DNA of 64,000 nucleotides from Psammoneis japonica (Eukaryota): positions 248,001-312,000 of the forward strand of contig QPGO01000072.1 in assembly GCA_008632985.1 (NCBI GenBank), in the 5' to 3' direction. The notes beneath the pieces are model-generated. The model ran no database searches, was not told where the DNA came from, and saw nothing but the letters and a program-made list of their open reading frames with translations. The position numbers and the translations under genes were made by a program. Positions 27,201-38,120 of the stretch are shown piece after piece. Position 1 is the first letter of the stretch; every line of letters starts with the position of its first letter.

Positions 27201-28650
27201 TTAACCTGGTTTGAGGTGAAAACAGCTTGAAATTCCTCACACTGGGAACTCCAGCTTTGCAGCACAGTCTGAGTGCTCACCAAGTGCTTGCTGCCTTCCT
27301 CTTGGTGTGGCTTGTGGAACTCTGCTCCACTGTCAGAACCACAGCTCTGGATGCACTCCTGTGCTTCTTGTTGCTCTTCTTCTTTCATTTGCCAGCTGCA
27401 GCCCATGCCATGCAACACTCCTGCTTCAGCCACAGTGGGCCAATTGGTTGGATCTGGTGGTGCATTGATGCCAGTGTTGTCACCAACCACTGTCAAGTGG
27501 TCTCATTCCTGACTCACATCTGCCACATGCAGTGTCTTGTTGATGCTTGCAGTCTGGAGGCATGTGGCTCAGTTTGCTGCAACACAGTGACACACCACAG
27601 CATTGCTCTGGTCACTCTTGTGGGCATGGCTCTGGCTCTTTGTGTTGTTGTCGGACCAGTTGCTGCTGTTGTCATTGTTGCCACCACTGCCATTCTTGCC
27701 ATCTCTTTGCTCATCATTTTTCCTCCTGTGCCAGTTGCAAAGAGTGTCACCAAAAAAGAATCCTGCTGGACTTTCTGTGCTGCTCACTGCACTTGCCTTG
27801 GCAGTCTGTGATGGCTGTGGGTTGCCAAAGGTGTCAATGTAAACTGCAAACTTGTGCAATGACAGGTGCCTGCCAATGCTGAATGATGAATCATGCAAAC
27901 CAAATGATTCACTCCAAAGAGTGAAATGAAAAACAAAGGTGAGAGATTGACAATGGCAAAACTGGTGCAGCAATGAATCACCCAATGAGCCACCTTGTGA
28001 GTCATGAGTTGTGTGTCTCTGTTCTTCAACCCATCCGGGTTTTTCATGATCTCTGTTTGTGCTCTGGCTCCAACAGAATGACAACAAAATCAATGCTCAA
28101 CAAGCAGTCTGGATCATCCAGCACAGCAGCAACAGCAGCCAAGCCTTTTTACAAAACTGTGCCAGCAAGCAATGGGTTCACGAACCTTGCCATTTAATTT
28201 GGAAGATTGGAAAGTCGCTGGCTGTCTTTCCTTGCATGGAATTGCTGTCAAGCAGTCTTCAAGAACATTCCCTTTTGTCCTTTGGGGCAACATTGACAAA
28301 AACTGGCTGTCCAGCAAGGAGAATAGGAAATCTGTGAGCATTTGTTTTTCACTTTTCAATTTCCTTAACAGGCAATCAGCAAGACCTGGGCACCTTTCCA
28401 CCAATCAATGACAACCACCACTGGCACACCAAAAGAAGGCATCGAGATCAACTTCATTGGACAACACCACGTCCGCGCTGAACCACTGTCGGGACAACAC
28501 GGAGTGGAGCACAAACATGTGCTCTGTCTTGATCTTGTCTGCAGCATTCATGAGCCACAATGTCCAGGACCCCATTGCATCCTCGGCCAAAAAGACTTGT
28601 GTGGATTGTCAGATCGGCTCATGCGGGTTGTCTCCAGAAAAGAAACGTTT
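24300..28650 (-). mobile_element. Degenerate Ty1/Copia (diatom CoDi-like) retrotransposon
   Basis: Integrase-like ANTGNHVPEVEKSIETIKE (~26730-26790). RT-like KEVGQLHDR..F.P, LMLLMEKQD, AIIDAMEG..SANVPNTFVQT, GKRVLCV, PCDVCIAN. Gag-like segment at 27.5-28.3 kb. Many frameshifts; LTRs not resolved. Confidence 0.75.
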
Positions 28651-28928
28651 GTCAAATCCTTCACGTCCACACCTGGGACAGCGAGTGAGGGGTTCAAGCT
28701 TTAGAGCTCAAGCTGCACTTTCTAGTTTTTAGAAGCTTCACCTCTACTTTTGGTGCTGTACAAGCATTCGGTAAAGCTCAAGGTACACTCCTTGGAGATT
28801 AGTAAGCTGAGGGGCTACCATGCTATTTCTTATCCCACAAAAATTATGGCTCATTGCTTTCGCTATTGTGCCAGGTCAAGCTTTCACCAACAACAGTCAA
28901 AAATACTGTCCCAATCACTGCATCAGAT

Positions 28929-29624
28929 TTACTTCAAAATTTCCAACAGTTCCACACGAAAGTCAAGATCGGCATTTGGTGGAATGACATTACCAGCCCC
29001 GCCAGCCCCGTAGCCATAATCGGAGGTAATATGAAGAATAGCTTCCTCTCCAACGCTCATTTGCATAACGCCCTCATCCCACCCTCGAATAACTTGACCT
29101 ATCGAAGAACCGGTGGCAAACATTCATTATGGAAATATAAGCTCACGTCATATTCAAGCTTCGGATGCGCCAGAAACGAAACTTACCGATACCAATGGTA
29201 AACACAAATGGACGCCCACGGTCTGCGTAAAGGAAAAGAGAAAAGGGGAGATGCGCAGGTGAGTATTTACAGACAGACCATCCTTTCTGGGGTACAGACG
29301 GTAGAATTTGCGGGTTGCTTCTTACCGCGGCTCGCGTCAAATTTTTGACCATTCGAAGCCAACGTGCCACTGTCGAAAAAAGAAAGATAGAAGAGATTAG
29401 ACAAAGATTTGAATATGAAAGGTGCGTTCAAGTTGATTTCATATAGAAAAACTTACTGATAATGCATGGAGAGCTTATCGCCTCGCTTGGGAAATGTCTT
29501 CCCGTCTCCTGGTTTAATAACTTCCTAACAATACACGAATGAGTAGGTAAGTGTTCACTGAGGTCAACGCAGTGCAACAAACGATAGAAAACGAGCGGGC
29601 AGATAATACCTTGGTGACTCCCAT
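28929..29624 (-). CDS. FKBP12-type peptidyl-prolyl isomerase (multi-exon)
   Basis: [61 protein letters not shown]. Confidence 0.92.
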
Positions 29625-29876
29625 GATGAGTTAGTGTTTCAGTTTGGCGTTTTTCGATCGCCTTTATTCTCATTCCGCGTTCGTCGTGTCGCGACTGAAA
29701 GATCGGCTTAGTAGTCAACTCTGTAGGAACCTACGTAACGCGAGAATATCTAATATCTTTGGAAGAGAAAGATCCACGTGGATCCTCATCGCGCTTTTAG
29801 CATTGGAGGCACTCTCCATCGTCGATCGACTCACGATGGAGAGTGCATCGGAGGTTCTGACTGAGACTAGTATGTA

Positions 29877-30805
29877 TTAACTTAGTAAAAGCGCTACATT
29901 AAACTTGGAAATCCCTGATTCGTACGGTACCAGACAGTCATCCGGAACATTCAATCCATCACACACAAAATTCTGATTACTGGTATAAACACCATCAAAT
30001 TGTGTCTCTCCAGCACGGTAATCGCCTCCTCGGATGCCAACGTCCAGCTCGCCATTGTTGTTCCGAGGCCTCACACCGTTCCCATAAAGAGTCGATACAC
30101 AATCGAGTTGTTTGAGTAATGGGCAGTAGCAACCTGACAACCACACATTCTTTCCCACGTGTACCATGTCAATCAACTGCAAGCTTGGCGACCTGAGGCA
30201 AAGCTGCTGGTTATAGAAATGGTCACGCTGAGAATTGCTCAAACGGAGGGTTTCAAGGAAGGGAAGGGATTCAACGAGCTCTGTGAATGCCAGAGTATCT
30301 TCTCTCAGCTCTGTAAAAGACAGAGTATCTCTTTGGATTTCACGCCAATCAAAGCTTGTGGTGATGACAAGATGTAATCCGCGAATCTTCATTTGCCCCC
30401 AAGTAGATCTTTCGACTTTGAAGTCATCTCGACCGAACGCGAGCGTAGTCTTGAGATTTACAAGACTTGGACAGATTTCTGCAACCGACCGGTAAAAAGA
30501 ATCGATCGAGGACACTCTCGGCAAAGATCTAGGAAGGCCTAGCTGATCTAAAATGTCGCCAGAAGAGAGAGGCCTAGGCGGTCGCGTTAAATCAAACACA
30601 TCTCGGCCTTGCGCAGTAGTGACTCCTAGCAGCCAAGCACGTTTTGCTATCAGCCCACTCCCCTGTTCATTCCACATCCGCTCGTCATATGTAGCGACGA
30701 GTGTCGTTAGCTTGGATACATCACACATTCGAAGTATGTGTAAGAAAAGTCCCAAGTCGGCAAGTGAGGAGAGTTTCGTGAATTTCAAGCTACGCAATTG
30801 TAGCT
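29877..30805 (-). pseudogene. 3' part of an F-box/LRR-like gene split by the Gypsy insertion
   Basis: LRR-like segments (CPSLVNL, LPFLETLRL, SPSLQLIDM, CPLLKQL). Joins 37420+ in frame once one AGCT TSD copy is removed (…WVTTRKL|QLRSLKF…). Confidence 0.75.
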
Positions 30806-31391
30806 TGTCACGTCGTGCTCATGACCCGACACTTCGAGACGTCATAAAGAACAATAGAGAACTACGGACAGAACCTACACACATCTACGTGAACATACAT
30901 CAAGAGACACATGCATACTACATGAACAATTATCCAACATCTTCCTCCTAAGTAAACAACCGGACACATGCGGAAAGCGATAGTAAACAACTGGACACGT
31001 GTATCACTTCCTAAGTAAATCGAGAAGACATTTCTTAGCCGAACTTCAAGTTCCTTTTCAGCCAATCCGATTCTCACAAGAAAACGGTCGAAACGATGAA
31101 GAGCGAATCGGATCTCTCGATTTTTCCCGTGATACCTTCGGACACCATACGTGACCTCCTCAGAAGTCCCAAGACGTTCCCTTAGACGATATACACTTAA
31201 AGAAGAACCCAGGAACGTTCCTACATAACAAGAACAGAATTTCTCTGGAAAAGAAAGAATCGAAAGAACATTCCGCGAGATCACCGCTCCAGAAATTCAC
31301 TTCATAATTTTACACTTTTATAGTCTCACTTTTCATGAACGACTCTTAAAATCACCACAATCACCCACAATAGGCCTTGTGCCACATGACA
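30806..31391 (+). repeat. Gypsy 5' LTR (TpA-intact)
   Basis: Direct repeat of 36834-37419. Confidence 0.97.
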
Positions 31392-31423
31392 TTTTGATCA
31401 AACAGTGGCGTATCATTATAATA

Positions 31424-33085
31424 ATGCCGCCTCTCAGCATAGTACTGAGCATTCTACTTAAGGCGAAGAAAGCCTACGTACGTAGCCCCCAGTTCGACGG
31501 AACTGAAGAATAGTACTTTAGAGCGTTACCTCAAGATAATACTTATACAGTACAGGAGGACATGACTAGTCAAGCGATTGTGAAGTTATACAAGTCGTAC
31601 CCCCAAGTAGCGGACGACGTTGCGAGCCTAATCAAGTACAAGGTTGCGCCAGACCCGGGAGAACCGGAAGACACGGTGGCATTCTATATCCATCAGTGTG
31701 ATACCTCCATCAAGGAGAAGTACCTAGTCTTTTTAAAAGACTTTAATGAGCTAAGAACGGTCAAGCACTGGACAACAGGACCAGTACTTCATTGCCAGAT
31801 GTTATGCCTAACCAGAGGCTCCATCAAGGACCGATATCAGAGAGCGGTAAGAGCTCTAGTTGAAAATCCAGAAGAACTTACCCCTGAACAGTTTGATACA
31901 GCAGTAGAGACAGCCACTGCTGGACTGCTTCCTCGAGACTCAGCGGCAGTGCAGAAGCAGTACTTGCGCTCCATACGCAAGCCAAGAGAAACTACCTTCA
32001 TTGAATTCACCTCCAGAATTTCGGAAATCAATGAGCTAGTACCCTACATGAGAGGCTCTGCAGAAGAGAGAGCCCCTCTCACGGACCAAGAGTTAACTTA
32101 TGCAACAGAGCATGCTGTGCCGGATGATTGGCGAGAGAGATTCCAACTATCCGTCGGACACAGAGGTGAGTATGGTATGGCAGACTTGGAGACATACTAT
32201 TCCACCATTGAATCCTTCCTACAGAAGAAGAAGGCCCAACAAGAGAGAAGGTTGTCAAATAACCAACGGCGATTCCAGAGACGTATCCCCACTCACGGCT
32301 ACCGAACCGCATACGGACATGGAGGCGACCGAGCGACACGACCGAGCAATAATAACAATGACAACGCCGGAGCTCCTCCCAACCAACCACATAGATATCC
32401 CACTCGATACCAAGCCAACTTACAGCGTGATAGGAACCGTCCTCAAGGCTATGGTCAACGGAGAGGACGTACCCGAACGAATCGGCAAGAAATACGTGCC
32501 GTACACGAGCCAGAAGAAGCTCTACCAGTCCAGAACCCGGACAACAGTATAGACTCAGCCCCAGCTGAACAACTGGAACAACTCAGCATAAGAGATGATT
32601 CTGAACCTGAATCTTATGAACAAGAAGACGGACTTGAGATACCAGAAGACGATACGAGCTACTCTTATGAAGAATCAGACGGAGAATATGATACTTACGT
32701 GGAAGAGAACTATTGCGTTCTGTTGCCAGAAGACTTTGAGCTGCAACAGAGACAGAGACCTCCCATGGACCCAGCAGAAACAACTGATGCATCCAGCATG
32801 CCGGAATTTGTGCCGCACAGCGGATCAACATCGTCAGACAGCGATGATTTGTGGAGTACCGCTAGTAGTATGTCAACAGTATCGTCGACAACCTTGTCTA
32901 TGGACGAGCTGTCATCTTTTGGAGAAGATGCCGATGACGAGTATGAGGCTACAGCAGACAGCGCGGATGAGTGCGCATCTCTGACATCATCAATTTTCGA
33001 GCATGACAACAGCACGGACGCCCAGGAGTTGATAGAAGCATTATATCCAGATGGAATGGACGATTGCGACTACGTAGGGCCCTAG
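31424..33085 (+). CDS. Gypsy gag with acidic C-terminal region (in-frame TAG at 31511)
   Basis: ORF 31562-33085 with QKQYLRSIRKPR..FTSRISEINELVPY..AVPDDWRERF. The upstream in-frame ATG at 31424 is followed by a premature stop. Confidence 0.75.
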
Positions 33086-36000
33086 TGTTCCCTCATGGGG
33101 GCATATATCCTACGAGAAGGAACTTATGTGTTCCAGGTGACCCAGACGAATTCGAAGAAGAAGAAGGACATTCGAAAACGTCCGAAGACACCGAACCCTA
33201 CATATATGAGCAATGTCGCTCACTTTCTCATCGAGCAACTGCCTCGAAGACGAAGCGAGCTGTATCGGCAGACGAACTCATGAATAGCGAGTCCGATAAG
33301 AAAATGTCACCGGCTCCAGAGTCCGATACCGATGAAGAGAGTATCTATATGACGAATGAACTTATGCCAGCCGTGGCGCCTGAGCCACAACCAGCAGCAC
33401 GAATGCCTGAACCAGACCCTCAGAGTGATGGTTACGAGCATTTGAGTGCATCCAGTGATCATGATTTCTTTTACTGTGAACCTGGCACAGTGCACCTAGA
33501 TGATGAAGAGCATCGTACTTGGTTCCACCAAGAAGAAGAAGTCTTTGGAGATGGCATGTCTGACCATCTCAGAGAACAAGAAGAGGAGCAAAGCAACAAC
33601 AAGAAGCCGAGAAGACACGCAGCACGAAAGCCTCAAAAATGTGAGTGGAAGAACCCCGGATGCATCGTGCGACTTCAACTACTCGATCCAGTTGATGGGA
33701 CTCAAGACAAAAGCAACAATGTTCTGCTCGCCTTGCTCGACAGCGGTGGCAGTCGAACAATGACAAAGAGAGATGTGCTCTCAAAAGAAGCACTGGATGA
33801 GGCTGCCTTGGCACCAACAAGATGGGAGACCTTGTTTGCGCAGACCCATCAGACAACTCATGTCGCACTCACTCGTTGTTGATTCCTTGACACATCCTCA
33901 CACAGACAATTCGATTTATGCTTTTACATTTCATCATTGCAAGGAATCTATGATGCTGTTGTAGGACGAGATGTTCTGTTCAAGCTTGGAATGAAGCTTG
34001 ATTTCCAGGAAAAAGTCATTGCTTGGGATGACTTGTCCTTTCCGATGAGACATCCCGAGGATTTTTGGCACCGACCGACGACGCAAGAAGAGCTCATGGC
34101 GGCTCGTAAGGCCAAAGCCATTCGCCCAAATGACTGTAGTCCCACAGAGGACTTGCAAGAGTGTGTGCCCGAGCACTCATCGAGAGAGCAAGGTGAAGCT
34201 CTTGTTGCTTTGCCAGAAGACTTCTCCAGTCTCACGCAAGGAGAGCTCGGACAATGTGCCAAGCAACCACCGGTCAACATTGAGCTTAAGCCCGGCACCG
34301 AGCCCATTGTGTGCCGACCTTGCAGCATGCCCCAGATCAACTGCAACATGGCAAAAGGAGAAGCAGAGAGATTGTGCCGAGCAGGAGTTCTGAGAAGGAT
34401 CTCAGACTCAGCTTGGGGATTTCCCTCAATGTTCACACCGAAGAAAGGTGGTGATTGCCGATTTGTCACCGACTTTCGGCTGTTAAATCAACGCATGCAA
34501 CGACGCCCATGGCCTCCACCTTTGACACCAACCATGCTCTGAAAGCTGCATGGCTGTGCTTGTGTTGCAGCGATCGATTTGAATGTGGGATTTTTTACGA
34601 TGCGGATCAGCCAGAAGAGTCAGCAGTGTCTGACTGCTGTGCTGCCGTTCGGCAAACATGCTTGTTGCATGTTGCCAATGGGACTTGCACCAGCCCCAGA
34701 TGTGTTCCAAGAAGTCATGACTGACTTGCTGGGACACTTGGAATTCGTTCTGATTTTTATCGACGACTTGTTGATCATTGGCAAGGGATCCTTTGATGAT
34801 CACCTCGCCCAATTGCGCGAAGCATTTGTGCTTTTGAATGATGCAGGCTTTAGAGCAAACTTGCGAAAAACTTTCTTTTGCGCTCTAGAAACGGAGCACC
34901 TGGGGTTTGTCATTGCTAGAAACGGAATCAAACCGCAACCCAAGAAAGTCAATGCGATTGTGAATTTAGTTTCGCCCAAAACAAAGAAAGAACTCAGAGG
35001 TTTCATTGGAATGATGAACTTCTGTCGCGAGATGTGGCGACTTCGTGCCCATCTGTTGGCACCTCTTTCCAGTGTGACCTCGAAAGCGGTCAAGTTCGAG
35101 TGGAAACCCGAACACGAGCAAGCGTTTCAAGAAATTAAGAGACGGATCTCTACCGAGACGCTTCTTGCCTGCCCTGATTTCAATGAGATGTTCTACATCT
35201 ACACCGATGCTTCGAAATGCCAGCTGGGAAGCGTTGTCATTCAAGACAAGTGCCCGACAGCATTCCACTCCCGCAAACTCTCCGACACGCAAAAAAGACA
35301 TCCAGTTGTCGAACAAGAACCACTGTCGACAGTTATGACGCTACGAGAGTGTCGTGACATCCCATTGGGTCATAGGATCACGATCTGTGCGGATCACAAG
35401 AATCTGACCTTTGCAAATTTCAAGTCAGACCGCGTGTGTCGTTGGCGACTGATCGTTGAGGAATTTGGTCCCACGATTCTTTACCTGCCGGGAGCAAAAA
35501 ATGTGCTCGCGGATTTCTTATCACGTGCCGCGACCACGACTAGCGACCCAGAGACACCAGCTGCAGATCCAACGCTGGAAGAGTGTTTCGCCTTTGAATG
35601 CGACGATGACACTCATTGTCCTATCTCGTTTGACACGATTGTTGAAGCACAGCAAGATGATGCTACGTGCAAAAAAGCATTGCAACTTGCTCGAACCGAC
35701 CCGAGTCGGAAAGAATTGTCTGACTACAGTTGCATGGTGCAGGATGGACACCTGCGCCTGGTCCTTTTTAAGGACAAGATTGTTGTCCCTACAACTTTAC
35801 AAGCACCTCCATTGAACTGGTGTCATGTCAATTTACGCCATCCAGGTATCCAACGAATGGAAAAGACCCTCAGGCAGTGCTGTTGTTGGCAAGGTTTGAC
35901 CCGAGACGTCAAGACCAAGGCAGACCAATGCCAGACCTGTCTACAGTCAAAAGAGAACCGCAGAGTGTATGGAAAAACACCTCTTAAGGACATGCGAGCC

Positions 36001-36810
36001 CTTGAGATCGACCCCTGGTTGCAGGCAGCAGTCGACACTGTCGGACCGATTACCTTTGCTGCTGGCACCGGCATCAACCAACGAAGTTTGACGTTAACCG
36101 CCCTCACGATGGCAGATCTAGCTACTCATCATTTTGGCATGGAGCAGATCTCCACAGTCTCAGCTCTGGAAGCTGCCAGAGCATTTGACCAAGCGTGGTC
36201 ATGCAAATTTCCGCGCCCAGTCTGTTGCACACACGACAACGGTGCGGAATTTACAGGTGTTGAATTTCAAGAACTGCCAGTTTCTTATGGGATTAAGTCT
36301 AAACCTGTGACAGTGCGGAACCCACAGGCGAATTCACTGCTTGAACGGACCCACGATGTTTCATGGAGCTGCATGCGGGCCCAACAAGTCGATGATCCCG
36401 ATGCATTTAATCAACCGAATCCATGGAATACGACAACAGCCTCAGCAACTTGGGCGATAAATTCGACGGCACATGCCATCATGCAAGCCTCTGCCGGCCA
36501 ACTAGCTTTTGGAAGAGATGTGATCCTTCCCTTGCAATGCAACGTCCACTGGCCGACCATTTGTGCTCGCCGCCGACAACAAGCGCAAGCAGATGACGTG
36601 CGTAAAAACTCTCGGCGACTCGACCATGACTTCAAAGTGGGAGACCTTGTTTCTCTCCGAAACGACAACCCTCGTCGATCCAAACTCGCCTTACGCCGAC
36701 TTGGCCCATGCGAGACACATGAAGTGAAGTCCAATGGCACCGTCATCATCCAAAAAGGAAATTACCTTGAGACCGTCAATGCGCGGCATCTCGTTCCTTT
36801 CTCTCCCTGA
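33064..36810 (+). pseudogene. Gypsy pol (protease, RT, RNase H, integrase); frameshifted and Tyr->Cys/His mutated
   Basis: ALLDSGGS, WGFP..PKKGG..RFVTDFR, LPMG, FIDD, TDAS, SRKL, DHKNL, NVLADFLSR, H-PG..C..C, HDNGAEF, NPQANSLLE. Confidence 0.93.
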
Positions 36811-36833
36811 TGCGATTCATTGGAGGAGGCGCG

Positions 36834-37419
36834 TGTCACGTCGTGCTCATGACCTGACACTTCGAGACGTCACAAAGAACAACAGAGAACTGCGGACAGA
36901 ACCTGCACACATCTACGTGAACATGCATCAAGAGACACATGCACACCACATGAACAATTGTCCAACATCTTCCTCCTAAGTAAACAACCGGACACATGCG
37001 GAAAGCGACAGCAAACAACTGGACACGTGTGTCACTTCCCAAGTAAATCGAGAAGACATTTCTTAGCCGAACTTCAAGTTCCTTTTCAGCCAATCCGATT
37101 CTCACAAGAAAACGGTCGAAACGATGAAGAGCGAATCGGATCTCTCGATTTTTCCCGTGATGCCTTCGGACACCATACGTGACCTCCTCAGAAGTCCCAA
37201 GACGTTCCCTCAGACGACACACACTTAAAGAAGAACCCAGGAACGTTCCTACATGACGAGAACAGAATTTCTCTGGAAAAGAAAGAATCGAAAGAACATT
37301 CCGCGAGATCACCGCTCCAGAAATTCACTTCATAATTTTACACTTTTATGGTCTCACTTTTCATGAACGACTCTTAAAATCACCACAATCACCCACAACA
37401 GGCCTTGTGCCACATGACA
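36834..37419 (+). repeat. Gypsy 3' LTR (TpA-eroded)
   Basis: Direct repeat of 30806-31391 with 21 substitutions (manual count). Confidence 0.97.
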
Positions 37420-37949
37420 AGCTTGCGTGTTGTGACCCATGGCACACACTTCAACCAATCAAAAAGAACAAAATCAGCATCAAGATGACCAAGAATGGCT
37501 GGCAGGCAACTTTTGCACAACTTGTTGAATCGCTTGCAGACGAGTGCAATGGTGCAGTGAAGGCTTTCTGCTTCAGGAAGAGTCAGGAGTGCATCAACAG
37601 AATCTGGGCTGCGGATTTTCACGCCTAAACCATCACTCTCTTCTGAAGGAGCAGACACTGTGGGCTCACCAGCACCAAGAAACGACAGAGTGTGAACCAA
37701 ACAGCAATCTTTAAGGTCCGAAATTGACAGCTTTTGTGGAGTTGCGATTTGCCTCCACGCATTGTTGCGCCACTTTACTTTCTCTTCTGAGTCGTCCTCT
37801 CCTCCAACTGCTGCAGTTGCCCAGCCTCCATGATTCACCCGTTTGCTTGCAACATGGGCAATCTGTTCATTGTAAACCCGCTTCTTGCCTTTGCCCCGTA
37901 AGAGAATCACGGGCGCCGATTTCTGAGAATGCGAGCTGTGCACCTTCAT
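37420..37949 (-). pseudogene. 5' part of the F-box/LRR-like gene (F-box motif), TpA-depleted
   Basis: LSISDLKDCCLVHTLSFLG...IALVCKRFNKLC. Continues in frame into 30805. Start codon uncertain. Confidence 0.7.
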
Positions 37950-38120
37950 CACATTCTCTTTGACGCGCCCACCTGTTCTTCTGTGCTTTTGTTTTTGAGC
38001 TTCTCTGGCCAATCCAGACCTTTCACAACATGTGTGGAGCCGCGCTTGAACAGATGAGAGAGTGTTCGAGAGGATGACAGCCAACAATCGGTGTCAACAC
38101 AGCCTCCGCTCTCCGCTGCG

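Larger units (their letters stand above)
19900..28700. other. TpA- and CpG-depleted domain (host-like gene, TRIM, Copia relic)
   Basis: Roughly 25 TA in ~8.8 kb by eye, mostly in TTA/TAA contexts. TA density returns at ~28700. Confidence 0.85.
30806..37419 (+). mobile_element. Full-length Ty3/Gypsy LTR retrotransposon (6614 bp)
   Basis: 586-bp LTRs TGTCA...TGACA, TSD AGCT (30802-30805 / 37420-37423), PPT-like GGAGGAGG (~36822), domain order gag-PR-RT-RH-IN. Confidence 0.97.

Noticed and set aside
30862..31284. 140-aa antisense ORF in the LTR (also 36836-37312)
   Set aside because: Repeated only because the LTRs are duplicated; no recognisable motifs.
30806..37419. Classical RIP (CA->TA) acting on the 5' LTR
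   Set aside because: The TA-rich gag is a normal ORF, and conserved Tyr are lost on the TA-poor side, so the direction is TA->CA/TG.
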